Shown here: positions 30,341 to 45,385 of the stretch, piece by piece
Position numbering within the stretch: position 1 is the stretch's first letter
Layout: the number at the start of each line of letters is the position of its first letter
DNA from: the human T2T-CHM13v2.0 reference genome, Homo sapiens
Length of the DNA stretch: 64,000 bases
Reading direction: 5' to 3' (one strand)
NCBI RefSeq assembly: GCF_009914755.1
Contig: NC_060947.1
Notes under the pieces: model-generated
The model's input: only the letters and a program-made list of their open reading frames with translations
Databases searched by the model: none
Told to the model about the DNA's origin: nothing
Made by a program: the position numbers and the translations under genes

Positions 30341-30487
30341 CCTGTAATGTAAAAAAATTACATCATTTGATAAAATTATCTTAAACGTATTTGGTTATTC
30401 TAATTGAATATATGTAGCTTCAGATTATTTAAGGATACCTTTATAAGACAACAGATGAGAAACATCTTTTAAAAATTATATTTTGTC

Positions 30488-30793
<306 letters not shown>

Positions 30794-32254
30794 TCATTAG
30801 AATATTACTAAAGTTTCTTGAAGGCTGCAGGTCTCGTTTGAAACCAGCTGTATCACACACTCATTAAACAGCTGGGTGGATATGTAAATAGGTTATGTAA
30901 TGCCCACATTATACTTATTTACTAAGTCATGCACACAGTTTGCCACTAAAAATGAGGTGAAATAGTTTTCAAGCTGTCGACAATTGCACTGGCGATAGTA
31001 GCCAATGATTTCATTCTACTTATTAACATTTTGATATTTGGTTTTAGGGGATATTGGGCTTTGTTGGTAATTTTCACCTTAACAAGTGGCAATTATGTAA
31101 ATGTCTACTTTATATCATTGTGCTTCTTCTGCCACCCTTATTCTAAACACAAATTGTCATGAAGAAAAAATTAAAAGCAGACAGTTAAACTGTTTCATTT
31201 ATTCCAAGATAACTCCTCAGTGACCAGTCAAGATGGGTAGGGAAAGGTGATTAAGTTGATTGTATACTTTGCAAAATCATTTCAATAAAAGCTTTCTAGG
31301 AATAAAATGAGTTTATAACATCAATTTGTAGATGAAACACCTCACTTCCATTCCCATGGCTTGCTCCTGTTTTTAGTATTTCTGTAGGGTATGCTCTGCT
31401 GTAACAAAGATGTCCTAAGATCCTGTGGCTCAAATGAGATGAGGAGTTGTTGATCTTGGATTAAACAACTCAGAATCAGATGTGGGCAGGCAGAACAAGC
31501 TGAAAAGGTGGCTTTCTTTGGGGGGTCTTCTAGGACTCTGATTCTGGTCATATTTGTTAACGTTTCATCCCCGGACCCCACAGTAGAGATGGTTTAACCA
31601 TTAACACAGGGCTCTGTCCTGCAAACTTCATCCTTGGGGACCTCATTGTGAAACGAATGCAACCCTTTCTCCATATTTTTATTTGAGATAATAAACATAA
31701 ACACGGGGTAACCCATTTTTCTTTGATTTGACTATGTTGACAAAAACATGTTCTACTACACTAAATCATTTCCTCTATTTCCTCAAGACATTTGACATAA
31801 CCATCCAAGCCAAATATTCTATCTCCTATTTCTCTGTGTGTGTATCATTATTCATATGCATAGACATTCCTGCAACATTTCCAATATGTTCTTGAAAATT
31901 CACAGAAGTAAAACTTCCATTTGACTTTCGAAATCTATGCTGGAAGAGTCACATCTGATTGTTATTTAAAGCACGGCTACGTTAGCATGGCAAAATGAGG
32001 GAAAACACCTTGGACACAAAAGTATAAGAAATTGCTTCAAACAAATTGTGGTACATGAGCACATGATTTTATTTTCTTAGTATCAGACTCTTATATTAAA
32101 TGGAGACACTCATAACTATCCTATATAAACATTATGCTGATAAAATTAAAACATTTGTCAGAATACAATTTCAATTACTTTCCTTCCCGCCAAAAATAAT
32201 TCTGTCAGGACAAGGATAAATGCTTTAATAATAGTTCACATTAAGTACAAATTA

Positions 32255-32590
32255 GACAACACTGCCTAGATTATGCAACAGTGAAAAATAGCCCACAAAT
32301 ATTCTTGGCTGGTAACAATAAAGATTTGATTTTTATGCATTTTCTGTGTTAGTTTGAGTTTTGTTATGGTGTTTCCTCTCTATAGCATCCTCAGTCTAGG
32401 ATTCTGGTTGGTAGGGCAGACACTACATGGAATATCATGAAGAACTACAGCAAACAAAAGAGAGAATGGTGAATTGCCCACAGCCACCTAATGCTTCTAC
32501 CCAGAAGTGGTATACATCACTTTCTTCCTCCTATTTCATCTGCCTAAGCATTTATTTTATGGTGTCCAAAACCATGGGACACAACACTGA
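32255..32590 (-). mobile_element. MLT1J-like old MaLR LTR
   Basis: GCTTCTACCCAGAAGTGGTATACATCACTT motif; probably resumes near 33775-33860. Confidence 0.5.
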
Positions 32591-32594
32591 ACTC

Positions 32595-33770
32595 TGGTGA
32601 AGAGCATCAAGAAGTGCCTGTAATTTACTGTTGTCGGGGATGCAAAATGGAACAGTCACTTTGGAAAACACTTTGGTAGTTTCTTACAAAACTAAATACA
32701 TTATTACCATACAATTCAGCACCGCATCCCTTGGTATTTCCTCAAATGAATTGAAAACTTATGTCCACACAAAAATCTGCATATGCATATTTATTGTAGC
32801 TTTATTCATAATTGACAAGATGTCCTTCAATAGGTGGACAGATAAATGAACTGCGGTGCATCCAGACAACGGAATATTATCCAGCACTAAAAATAAACGA
32901 GGCAAGCTACCAAAAGACGTGGAGGAAATGTGAAGGCATGTTGCTATGTGAAAGAAGCCAGGCTAAAAGAGTTATATGCTGTGTGATTTCAACTGCATGA
33001 CTGTATTAGTTCGTTTTCACACTGCTATGAAGAAATGCCCAAGACTAGGTAATTTATAAAGGAATGATGTTTAATTGACTCACAGTTCCACATGGCTGGG
33101 GAGGCCTCAGGAAACTTACAATCATTGCGGAAGGGGAAACAAGGACCTTCTTCACATGGCAGCAGGAGAGAGAACGTGTGTGAGAGTGCAGGAAAAACTA
33201 CCATTTATAAAACTATTAGGTGATGGGGGAACCGCCCCCATAATCCAATCACTTCCCTCCCTTGACATGTGGGGATTATAGGTCCCTCCCTCAACAAGTG
33301 GGGATTGCATTTTGATGAGATTTGGGTGGGGACACAGAGCTAAACCATATCAATGACACTGTGGAAAGGCAAAACTATAGAGATAACAAAAAGATTGGAG
33401 GTTGCCAGGGGCTGTGGGGAGGGAGTGATGAACAGGCAGAGGATAGAGGATTTTTAGAGGAGTGAAATTATTCTGTATGGTACTAAGATGGTAGACCTAT
33501 GTCATCATGCATTTCTGCAAACCGAGAAAATGTACAACAGTAAGATTGAGCCCTAATGCTAATTGTGGACTCTGGGTGAAAATGCTGTGTTAACGCAGGT
33601 TCATCAGTTGTAACAAGCGTGCCACTTTGGTGGGGGATGTTGATAATCACGGAGGCTGTGCATGTGTGTGGGGAGGGTTAGGGGGGGAAATCTCTGTACT
33701 CTCTGCTCTATTTTGTGTACCTAAAACTGGTCTAAAAAATAAAGTCTATTTTTTAACAAAAAGAAAAGAA
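32595..33770 (+). mobile_element. L1MC1-like 3' end with a nested MST LTR
   Basis: GAATTGAAAACTTATGTCCACACAAAAATCTGC...GGAAAGGCAAAACTATAGAG...AAAAATAAAGTCTATT. Confidence 0.85.
33002..33352 (-). mobile_element. MSTA-like MaLR solo LTR
   Basis: TGTATTAGTTCG...GGCCTCAGGAAACTTACAATC...AAACCATATCA; perfect TSD ATGAC. Confidence 0.9.
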
Positions 33771-33864
33771 AAGTCATGAAGAAATACAATCCTACCTTGT
33801 ACCCAGACAAAGAAAAGCAATGAAATGCATGGGGTCCTAATATCAACTGCAGAATAATCACTCA

Positions 33865-34236
<372 letters not shown>

Positions 34237-34820
34237 TTAGTGGATTCTAATGCTCTCTGTTAGTAAAGGTCACCAGGGAAAAGGAGTGTTCAAAGAAAAG
34301 GGAGCAAAAACATTGAATGCAGATTCAGCCATCATTGCTGGGAATAAGACTTAAATCTAAGCGAGAAGTCGCTGTTGGCAAGTCTTCAATGATGAAGTTG
34401 ACAGTGAAAAAAAGTCATCACTACATACCTGCAGGATGAATGGAGAAGATTATGACCCTAATCCTGTGTGAACAGTCATTTGTCATTTCTTGTGATGATA
34501 TTAGGTACCAATTAATAAAGTGACTAAAGTCAAACAAGTTAGATGGATATGAAGATAATGTGCCCAAGAAAATGCCATGAGATATTTGAAAGCAGCTTTC
34601 TAGAGAAGACATGGATATTGCAGATGTTGTGAACAGATTGTCTATAATTGTTTTATAAAATGTGCATGTGGTTAACAGCAGTGTTGCTATATCTTATGCA
34701 GCACAGGCTATGTAAATACAATTTAAATTTAGATATGCAACTAATAAATTAACTATTGTAAACAAAATTAAATCTTTAACACTCCTGGAATTTAATCTAT
34801 GTAAGTTACTTGTGCTTGGT

Positions 34821-35113
34821 TATTTTTTTTTTCAGTGACAGGGTCTCGCACTGTTGCCCAGGCTGGAGTGCAGTGGTGCTATGATAGCTCACTGCAGCCT
34901 CAATCTCCTGGTCTCAACCTACCCTCCTATCTTAGCCTCCTGGGTAGCCAGGACTACAAGAGCACACCACTAGGGCTGCCTAACTTTTTATTTTTTTAGA
35001 GATAGGGTCTCACTCTGTTGCCCAGGCTGGTTCCAAACCCCTGACCTCAAGTGATCCTCCAGTCTCAGTTTCCAAGCAGCTGCGATTCTAGGCACGTGCC
35101 ACCTCATCTGGCT
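34821..35113 (-). mobile_element. AluJ
   Basis: Diverged dimer with J-type ATAGCTCACTGCAGCCTC. Confidence 0.9.
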
Positions 35114-35333
35114 GCCAGGGCTTTTAAACTAACAAATAGACATTATTTTTCTATTTGTAGGGGAGCAACATTTAACCAGATCGAGTATCTAAAATACATG
35201 AAAATTCTAGGAATGTAATAAATATTGATGAATGATGTATGAATCTGCATTTGACTTATAAATAAATAATTCGTATTGTTCTATAAAGTCCTATTTCTCT
35301 CAAATGAAAGTATAAAAACATACCTGCAGCACA

Positions 35334-35641
35334 TCTATCTATCTATCTACCTATCTGAGGTAGGTTCTTGCTCTGTTGCCTAGGCTGGAGTGCAGTGACT
35401 TGATCACAGCTCACTGCAGCCTCGACCTTCTCAGCTCAAGTGATCCTCCAACCTCAGCCTCCTGAGTATCTGGGACCACAAGCATGTGCCACCACCATGC
35501 CTGGCTAATTTTTGTATTTTTTTTGGAGACGGGGTCTGCCGTGTTGCCCAAGCTGTTCTCAAACTCCTGGGCTTAAGCAATCAGCCTGCCTCAGCTTCCC
35601 AAAGTGGTGGGGTTACAGGTGTGAGCCACAGCACCGAGCTG
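35334..35641 (-). mobile_element. AluJ with (TCTA)n tail
   Basis: Dimer preceded by TCTATCTATCTATCTA. Confidence 0.9.
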
Positions 35642-36075
35642 CATTATATATTTTTGAGTATTAAGCAAAAGTATAATCTTTTTAAAGAATAAATGGAAAT
35701 GAGATAGAGAAATGATTTTAAATGCTACCAATTTTCAAATGCCCTTTCCTAAAGATTATAGGAGCACCATGATTTTATGGCTTATTTAAATGTCTCGTAG
35801 TTTTAGGTATCTTTTCCTGAGTATTTTAGTAGCTCCATGATTTTAGGACCTTAGGAAAAGTGCAGTGGGCCCTACAGTGTGATTTAGATCCTGACTGGCA
35901 GGCGTCCATGCTCCAATCCAGATACATGTCTACCCTGAGCTGCTACTTGTCTTCCATTTTTGGCTACTTGATGAACCCTGAGAAAAGATGAATGATGTCA
36001 ATAGGTGAGTGATGTTGGTTTTGGTTCCAAGCAACAGAAGTCCCAACTAAAAGTGACTTTAATAGTGATAACAGA

Positions 36076-36771
<696 letters not shown>

Positions 36772-37649
36772 CCAACTATAAGTGGTTTTAATAATGATAA
36801 CCTTAATAAAAATAGCAACGTTCTTAGCATACGTAGAGATCATCTTCATACTGTAAATTCATGGGCCTGTATTCTTAGATATCTAGTAAAATAATAAGTG
36901 TGTGATGGCCTTGAGGGTTCAGGGTTTTTTCATTTCTTTGCTTTGTCATTTTCTGTCCTTGACCTGGCTTCATTAATATTCCCAAAATACTTGCCATGAT
37001 TTCAGGGAAAATGGCAGACCACAATGTCCCATATTATACATGTTGCCTTCATATTCCATTGGCCTGTAATGCATGGCTCTTCTATTCCTAAACTCTTTAC
37101 TGGGTGGAGAAATAGAATTATTGTGGCAGGTATCGTACATGAGCTCACTCAACGCCCATGCAAACTTAGTTTTCCTTGTCTTCTCACACTACAGGGCGAC
37201 AACACCAAGGTGCTTGATTTCCCGGCTAATTCTGTAGTGTGGTGCCAAGTCACTTCTGTGCCTCATATGTGGTCAATAAACATAAGCAATAATTTCTTGC
37301 AGTGAAAATTCCCATTCAGATTTTCCTGTTTCCTGCTCAGAACACAAATTGTGTGCCTGGTGGTGGAGTGGGTCTTATGAGAACATGAGAATAAAAAGCA
37401 TATACAAATGGTGGGCCAGATGACGGACGATGCCTGGGTGCCAGCTTAGAATTACTGCACAAATATAGAAGCTTTCGAACTCTCAATTCCCACAGTTATT
37501 GTTATCATTTTAATTTTGCTAATCATTTCCTAAAGATTGTGTTTTATCATACATCTCATAAATGTATATTTTTACTGGCTGTCAAAAGTTATTCTATCCT
37601 GTGAAAAGGACTTGCCTTACTTTAAAAAAAAGTTAGAATGTATATGCGT

Positions 37650-37684
<35 letters not shown>
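37650..37684. repeat. (CA)n(TA)n microsatellite
   Basis: Direct reading. Confidence 0.93.
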
Positions 37685-37762
37685 AAATTATAATGAAGTC
37701 TCATGTACTTAGTAACTAGCTTCAACAGTTATCCATACATGGGCAAACTTGAGTCGCACTAC

Positions 37763-38425
37763 GGTGGCAGTCCAGGCCTCACTAACAGCTGAACAGGCAG
37801 GCCTTTGTAACAACTGTTTCAGCACTGACCGAGTGGTGAAGTTAAATATTAAAAGCTGAAAGAGCCAGTGTCCTCATACAAAGGCTGGAATGTAACAAAA
37901 GCCCACCAAGAGTTCTGCCCAGGCCTCTCCTGGGCCTTCAGGCATGACAAGATAATGAAGGAATTCTTAACAGGACCCTTTTAGGATTAAACAGTTTTAT
38001 TGGGGGTCTGAAGAAACTCCCCAGGCCTCCACAAACAAGTTTGTTGGGGGTCTAGAGGAACTCCCCAAACCTCCATGATTTAGCAGGAGACAAGATAAGG
38101 GTAATCACCCCAGCACTTGGACCCATCTAGATTAAGCCAATTACTGAGGCTCCAGAGAAAGGCCTTCAGGACTCAGACCTTAGTTATAGATTAGAAGTTC
38201 ATCACCAATGTCTTTAGATGAATGCACGCTTACACGTAGACATATAGCTTAGAAGATATACAAGCTCTGGAAAACTTTGTAATTTGAGTTTGTCTGGCGA
38301 TATTTTCCCCGCCTTCTCCCTGTACCCAGTTACAGAAATAAACTCTCTTCTTTCCGAGTTCATCTGCATCTTGTTATTGGGCTGCCGAGAATGAGCAGCC
38401 TGAATCTCGGTTCAGTCCGGGAACA
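37763..38425 (+). mobile_element. Solo LTR, probably ERVL class (LTR62-like; name uncertain)
   Basis: GTGGCAGTCCAGGCCTCACTAAC start, internal GGGGGTCT..GAACTCCCC repeats, AATAAA, ends GGGAACA. Confidence 0.7.
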
Positions 38426-38561
38426 CAACCACCCCTTCATGTGTTATTTATAAAAGACATAGTGTATAGCTTCATTCAAAATAATGTGTTACTTGTCTAA
38501 ATGCAAGAACTTCTTTTTAACACAACCATAACAGCCTAATCACTCTTTAAAATGTAACAGT

Positions 38562-38850
38562 AGCCAGGCTTGGTGGGTCACGTTTGTAATCCCAGCACTT
38601 TGGGAGGCCGAGGCGGGTAGATCACCTGAGGTCAGGAGTTCGAGACCAGCCTGGTCAACATGAGGAAATCCTGTCTCTACTAAAAATACAAAAATTAGGT
38701 GGGCATGGTGGCGGGTGCCTGTAATCCCAGCTACTTGGGAGGCTGAGGCAGGAGAATCTCTTGAATCCAGGAGCCAAGATCACGGCAGTGCACTCCAGCC
38801 TGGGCAACAAGAGTGAAACTCCATCAGAAAAAAAATAAATAAATAAAATA
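38562..38850 (+). mobile_element. AluS with a short right-arm deletion
   Basis: CAGGAGCCAAGATC junction; TSD AAAAT(G/T)TAACAGT. Confidence 0.93.
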
Positions 38851-39038
38851 AAATTTAACAGTAGTTCCTTAATATTATCAATTATTTAATATCGTCAATG
38901 CAGCCTGGGTTCATATATGCTCAATTGCCTGAAATCCATTTTGAATTAATTGTTAGAAACAGAAAATAGTAGTACTCCCTTGTCCATGGGAGATATGTTA
39001 CAAGACCTTGAGTGGATGCATGAAACTTCATATAGTAC

Positions 39039-39734
39039 CTATTGTGAGTGTTGCAAAGTCAGAGATAACCAGGTTCATGTATATCTGTGTCTTTCCACAA
39101 GGTCACACTTTTACTGATGCTATTTCAATCATAAAAGCCATGAGCTACATGAAGTTCCGAAGGGGACAATTCTCCTACTACTTCCCATTGACTTGGTAGT
39201 CAGAGACGTGGGCACACAGGCTCAAGCCACTCCACAAGTCAGTCAGTATTGCAAACCATGCATAATAATATACTTAACCAATATATAAATGTTACAGATT
39301 AAGCTTTCCACAACAAACAAAGTAACATTTAACATCAAGAGAAAGGGGACAGGATAAAGGGTTAATGAACCAGTCTAGGGAGAGGGACAAGGACAAAAAG
39401 AGGCCAGGAGGTCCACGGATCTTACAAGGAAGCATCTTCGATGTGGGTAGATGCTTTTACGGCAGATGGTGGGTGCTTATTACAAGTTACAGCAAGATGG
39501 GGTCTGTTAAGATGGCTGTTTTAAGCTGCTGAAGTCCTGCTGTTTTTATGGTCACAGAGTCCTCTGATGAAGACTGACAGTGGAAGAGTGTGCTTGGTTA
39601 CATCCTTATCTGGTTGGGTGCAGTCTTTATTGATGAGGCAAAACATCTTGTTCCTGTTGGCAAGGTACCCTATGAAATATAAGATGGAATATTTTTCTAG
39701 GATGAAATAACTTATGTCAAGGGTGCTCTATAGA
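39039..39734 (-). mobile_element. ERV1 solo LTR, MER72-like
   Basis: Minus strand starts TCTATAGAGCACCCTTGACATAAG; TSD GTAC (39035-38 / 39735-38). Confidence 0.7.
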
Positions 39735-39772
39735 GTACTAAATACTATATATGTTATTATTTTTCTATGATA

Positions 39773-40216
39773 ATTTTTGTTTGTTTGTTTTAGAGACAGG
39801 GTCTCACTCTGTTGCCTAGGTTGGAGTGCAGTGGCATGATCATGGCTCACTGCAGCCTCAAACTCCTGGGCTCAAGTGATCCTCTCACCTTAGTCTCCCG
39901 AGTAGCTGATACTGCAGGTGCACAGCACCATTCCCGGCTAAATTTTTTTATTTTTTGTAGAGATGGGGGTCTTGCAATGTTGTCCAGGCTGGCCTTGAAC
40001 TCCTGGGCTCAAGGGATCCTCCCACTTCAGCCTGCCAAGTAGCTGGGACTATAGGTGTGCACCACCACACCCGGCTAATTTTCTAATTTTTATTTTTGTA
40101 GAGACAGGTTTTTGCTATGTTTCCCAGACTGGTCTTGAACTCCTGGGCTCAAGCAATCCTCCTGCCTCAGCATCCCAAAGTGCTGGAATTACAGGCATGA
40201 GCCAACACATTGGGCT
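39773..40216 (-). mobile_element. Three-arm AluJ-type element
   Basis: Right arm + hybrid arm + left arm; one flanking TSD A(T/C)GATAA.TTTT. Confidence 0.88.
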
Positions 40217-40692
40217 ACGATAAATTTTAATTTGTAAATTAGGCACTTAGCCAAAACTAATAATAATTGACTAATAATAATTGACTTGGTAGTCAATTAT
40301 AACAATATGTCAGCATCAGCATCACTAGTCTTGTGCTTTGGGGCCACTATTAAGTGACATAAGGGTGACTTGAAAACAAGCACTACAATTCTGTGACAGT
40401 TGGTGTGATCACGGAGGTGGCTATCGAGTGAGTAACAGCATAGACAGCATGGAGATGCTGGACATGGCAGGATTCACATCCTGGGGAGGACAGAGTAAAA
40501 GCTTGAGATTTCATCAAACTACTCAGATTAGTGCACTATTTAAAACTGATGAATTGTTTATTTCCATTTACTGTTTTTGGACCCTGGTTGACATGGTAAC
40601 TGAAACCAGAGAAAAGAGAAACTGTGGATAAAGAGAGACTTCTCTACAGACAAGTTCCACATGTGGTATTGAGGGGCTATTTCTCTTTTTTA

Positions 40693-40981
<289 letters not shown>

Positions 40982-42159
40982 TTTTTTCCTTTTTCTTTCC
41001 ATTTGTTTGTGGAAGAAAAGGTGGGGAGGGTCTTATCATTTTTCCTGCAGCATTTCTCACATTTTAATCATGGGATTGCATCCCTGTGGGAAACCAAAAT
41101 GCTGCTTGTATACCCAGCCCCATGGGGGCATATGGCCCTGGGGTGTTGTATAATATGTATAATTATATCCAAATTTTAGCCCTTCAGGAAGACTTTGGAA
41201 TGGCAGTTTCTTCTCTCTTGGGAGAAGAGATGATATAACTTATTACTGAAATTAGAACAAAGATCTGAATTTGGGTGAAAATTATGTTGAAGATCAGAGA
41301 AGAGAAAAAGCCCAGATTTCTGGATTCAGGAAACGTTGGGAGTGGTGATGGTCTCTAACCATCCATTTAGAGAAGAATATCTGTTTCCATGCAATGTAAC
41401 ACCAACTCATTACATTGAAAATTCTAAAAAGTAAGATAAATGGTACTCTGGAAATTGATCCTCAAGGGCTGTAACAATGGCCTTAAGAAAATTGAAACCT
41501 TTTTCTTTGTCAAAAGGCAGCTTATTTCAGACGCATTCATGCTAGTTCTGAACTGCTTCCTGGTTCCATAAGCCATGTTCCGGCAGCATGCGGAGGCGAT
41601 ATTGTGGGTGAGATGGAATAGTAGGCAGCCTTTGAGGTAATATCAGAAGTAGTAGAGAGCTACCTTCTCTCAGATATATGAGAAAACAAAATGTAACTAC
41701 TGTCCTAGGTTGTGGAAGAAAGGATTTTGAATAATATTTGAATCAGAGATGCCCAGGCTTAGAGAATTCTGAGTCAAAAAGGTGCATCCTGGTGCATGAG
41801 GATTTAATAGGCACTTTGGGCTTTTTTACACAGTGTCAAACCACAGATGACTCATGGCTTTTTGGAAACCTTTCATCTGCCCTACAAAGAGAGTATCGAT
41901 GCCAAAAAACAGCACCACATAACCCCCTCCCCTACCCACCCACCTCCCTCCCCACACACAGGCTGGATGCTGCAGAGAAATTAGACTTGCCAGCCTTCTC
42001 TCCAGATTTCTACAAGAGAAATAATGCCAACCACAGCACTAATAGATTAGGATGTTGTTGCTAATACTGTTAGTGATAGCAACAGTAATAGTAATGACAC
42101 CGCTAATAATAATAATACTGTTGTCGTCATTATAGTCACACCAAGGACAACCATCAGGA

Positions 42160-42380
42160 GACATGTTTATCTTCACTGAGTGGTCCAGGGACTCTGGCAA
42201 GTGATTTATGCACACTGTGCCCGTCATTGTATCCATTACTGTGTTTCTTGTCACAATAGCTGCATAGAGTAGATGGTGGTAATATCTTTGTTCTTACCTG
42301 ATGTATTTAGAAAGTCAACTCAGAAAGCGAAAGCAACGTTCCCAGAGCCACATGGTTCTCAGAACCATACAACTCAGTGA
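42160..42380 (-). mobile_element. MIR fragment preceded by AAT-rich low complexity
   Basis: AAGCAACGTTCCCAGAGCCACATGG core-like motif. Confidence 0.45.
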
Positions 42381-42725
42381 TTTGTATCTCTGTGTTCATT
42401 AACCACTTGGGTGAATATTCACAAAGTCAGGTTGGAGCTTTTGCATAGTTTCCCCAGGGTGCCCCTGTTCCTAATAAACAGAAACTCAAGATTCAAAGCT
42501 TTATCATTACATATTCCAAGAATATTAATACTCTTAAAGTAAAAGCCATGTGCAAAATGTATCATCCAATAGTTCCTGCCTCCAGAGAAAACTCTGTAGA
42601 CTTAAGACCTCCATTTCCAAATTTGTACATTCCTATAAAAATATATAGCTGAACAATATGTATCAGTTTTATAAATATACTGAAAACGAACACATTTTTA
42701 ATAGTAAAAGCACAAATGTATCACG

Positions 42726-42779
42726 TTAAGTTGGTGCAAAAGTAACTATGGTTTCCACAATACTTTTGCACCAACTTAA
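42726..42779. mobile_element. MADE1 (Hsmar1 MITE), internally deleted
   Basis: Perfect 19-bp inverted repeat TTAAGTTGGTGCAAAAGTA...TACTTTTGCACCAACTTAA. Confidence 0.92.
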
Positions 42780-42991
42780 TAAATGGAATATTGTATGGCA
42801 ATCCTGAAACTTACTTTTTTTCTTCTTAATGATTCTTGATATATCTCTATATAGGTTCAGAATTACCTTTTATATTGTTCTCTGATCGTATTATTTTACT
42901 GCATTGATGTGCCATACTCAGATCTAAATACAACATCTAGTAATTGACTTTTATGTTGCTTGGAATTATATAGAATTAATGCAACTTCTAA

Positions 42992-43299
42992 TTTTATTTA
43001 TTTATGTTTTTGAGACAGGGTCTGGCTCTGTTAGCCAGGCTGGAGTGCAGTGGTGCCATCTCGGCTCACTGTAAGCTCTGCCTCCTGGGCTCAAGAGATC
43101 CTCCCACCTCAGCCTCCCTAGTAGCTTGGGACTACGGGTACATGCCACCATGCCTGGCTAATTTTTGTTTGTGTTTTATGGTAGAGACAGGGTCTCCCTA
43201 TATTGCCCAGGCTGGCGTCAAACACCTAGGCTCAAGCAATCTACTGGCCTTGGCCTCTCAAAGTGCTGGAATTACGGGTGTGAGCCACCACACCCGGCC
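42992..43299 (-). mobile_element. AluJb
   Basis: Dimer; perfect 21-bp TSD TAGAATTAATGCAACTTCTAA (42971-91 / 43300-20). Confidence 0.95.
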
Positions 43300-44550
43300 T
43301 AGAATTAATGCAACTTCTAACTGATGGTACTTGCTGAATGATAAGAACCTTTACTATCAATCCTGACAGGAATAAACACATATCATATATATTTTTGAGG
43401 GGCTCAGAGTATACACTTGTCACATTTTCTCTCAATAAATATTTATTTGTTTCCTGACTTCTAAACTGTGTCTGCACAATTTTTTTCTTTGTAATTTTTG
43501 ATGAGAAGATCTAGCTTCTAGAGGAGTGAGTTTAGTTATGGGTGTATTTGGTTTCTTATAATAGTTTATTCATATGCGTGATTTAATGTTTATTGGTTTA
43601 TTTTCAGAAAGCAAACTGAATTAATATAAAAGCCTGTTTTCCTAAATAACATATATTTCTAACATTATTTTATTAATTTCCTTTGAAGCCATTTTTAAAT
43701 TTTTGTTTCTAAAATCCTCAGAAAATTTATTATTTCATTCTTTTTTGATCAAGCAACATTTTTGAACCTATGATTTTCCTCTGAGTATATTTTCAGTGAT
43801 ATCCCATGAAATTTGTCTTATGGTATTCTAATATTATATTGTTCTCCTTCTTCAGATAGTGGGTTCTATTTATTTTTTATTCTAGTAGGTTTTTTCTCCA
43901 TAGTTCCTATGTGATTTTTAAAAAATTCCCTTTTAATTCATTTTGAGTTCTATCACATTATGGTCTGAAAATATGACCTATACCAATTCTACCTCATAGC
44001 TTTTACTAGAAGTATTCCATTGGCATTGGAAAATAAGGTAAATTTTTAGTTTTATAATGTAGGTATAGTTTATATACATATGAGGAGGTACATATAATAT
44101 GTATGCACGCATATTTGTATTTTCAAATTTGAGTAATTTTAAAAATTTTGTGCTTGTTTTTATCCATATATGTTTTTAAACACATCTGATAGTCTGGCTT
44201 TGTAGTTAGTGAGATGATTGCATTTACATTTTCTTGTTAAGAGCCATTTGGGTCTTGATTCTGCCATGTTTTATTTTGTTTTTGTTCCCTTTAATGGACT
44301 TTGCTCTTTTGTTTGACACATTTTGTTGTATGGGCCTATACTCTCCAAAACAACTCACTTACCTTTTTCACAATGTGACAGTGTCTGTCTATTTATTTTT
44401 CTTATTTCTAATTAGTTACAATTAATCTTTTTATTTTGAAATAATGGTGAATTCACATGCAGTTGTAAGAAACACAAAGGGACATTGAATGCACCTTTTA
44501 TTCACTTGACTGCAATGGTAACATCTTACAAAAATAAACTGCAATCTCAC

Positions 44551-45304
44551 TGGTACAGATTGCATGCTTGTGTCTTCCCAAAATTCAGATGTGGAAGAAC
44601 TACCTTCTAATGTGATGGTATTAGGTCATGGGGTATTTGGGAGTCATCCATATTAGTGGAGGTGGGTGGTGAGGCTGGAAGGTGGTGAGGCTGGAGCCCT
44701 CCTGAAAGGGATTCGTGCCCTCATAAGTGTCCTAAGAAGGCTTGTTTTCTCCCTTCTGCTGTGCAAGGACTGAGAAGGCAGATGTCTAAGACCCAGAAGC
44801 ATGCTCTCACCACAACCTCATCGACCATGCTGGTGCCCTGACCTTGGACTTACAGCTTCCAAAACTGTGAGAAATAAATTTCTGTTGTGTGTAAGCTACC
44901 TGATTGATGATTGTATTAGTCTGTTCTCACACTGCTAACAAAGGTGTACCTGAGACTGGGTCATTTATAAAGGAAAGAGGTTTAATGGTTTCACAGTTCC
45001 ACATGGCCGGGGAGGCCTCACAATCACGGCAGAAGGCAAATGAGGAGCAAAGTTGTGTCTTACATGGTGGCAGGCAAGAGAACTTGGGCAGGCGAACTCC
45101 CATTATAAAACCATCAGATCTCATGAGACTTATTCACTACCATGAGAATAGTATGGGAGAAACTGCCCCCATGATTCAATTATATCCACCTGGCCCTGCC
45201 CTTGACACGTGGGGATTATTATAATTCAAGGTGAGATTTGGGTGGGGACATAGCCAAACCATGTCAAAGATCATTGGTTCTAGCTGCCTGAATTGACTAG
45301 GACA
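44551..45304 (+). mobile_element. MLT1A-like LTR with a nested THE1
   Basis: AATGTGATGGTATTAGG...AACTGTGAGAAATAAATTTCTG...GACTAGGACA. Confidence 0.82.
44912..45266 (-). mobile_element. THE1 solo LTR
   Basis: TGTATTAGTCTGTTCTCAC...AAACCATGTCA; TSD ATGAT/AAGAT. Confidence 0.92.
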
Positions 45305-45385
45305 ATCATGATTAGAATATTGGCATTGATACCATCAAGATATGGAACTTTCTGTGACTGTAAGGACCCACGATGTAGCCATTTG

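Larger units (their letters stand above)
38967..40644 (+). mobile_element. MER44B (Tigger7) DNA transposon split by an LTR and an Alu
   Basis: TAGTAGTACTCCCTTGTCCATGGGAGATATG...GCTTTGGGGCCACTATTAAG...AAACTGTGGATAAAG; degenerate TIRs. Confidence 0.8.
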
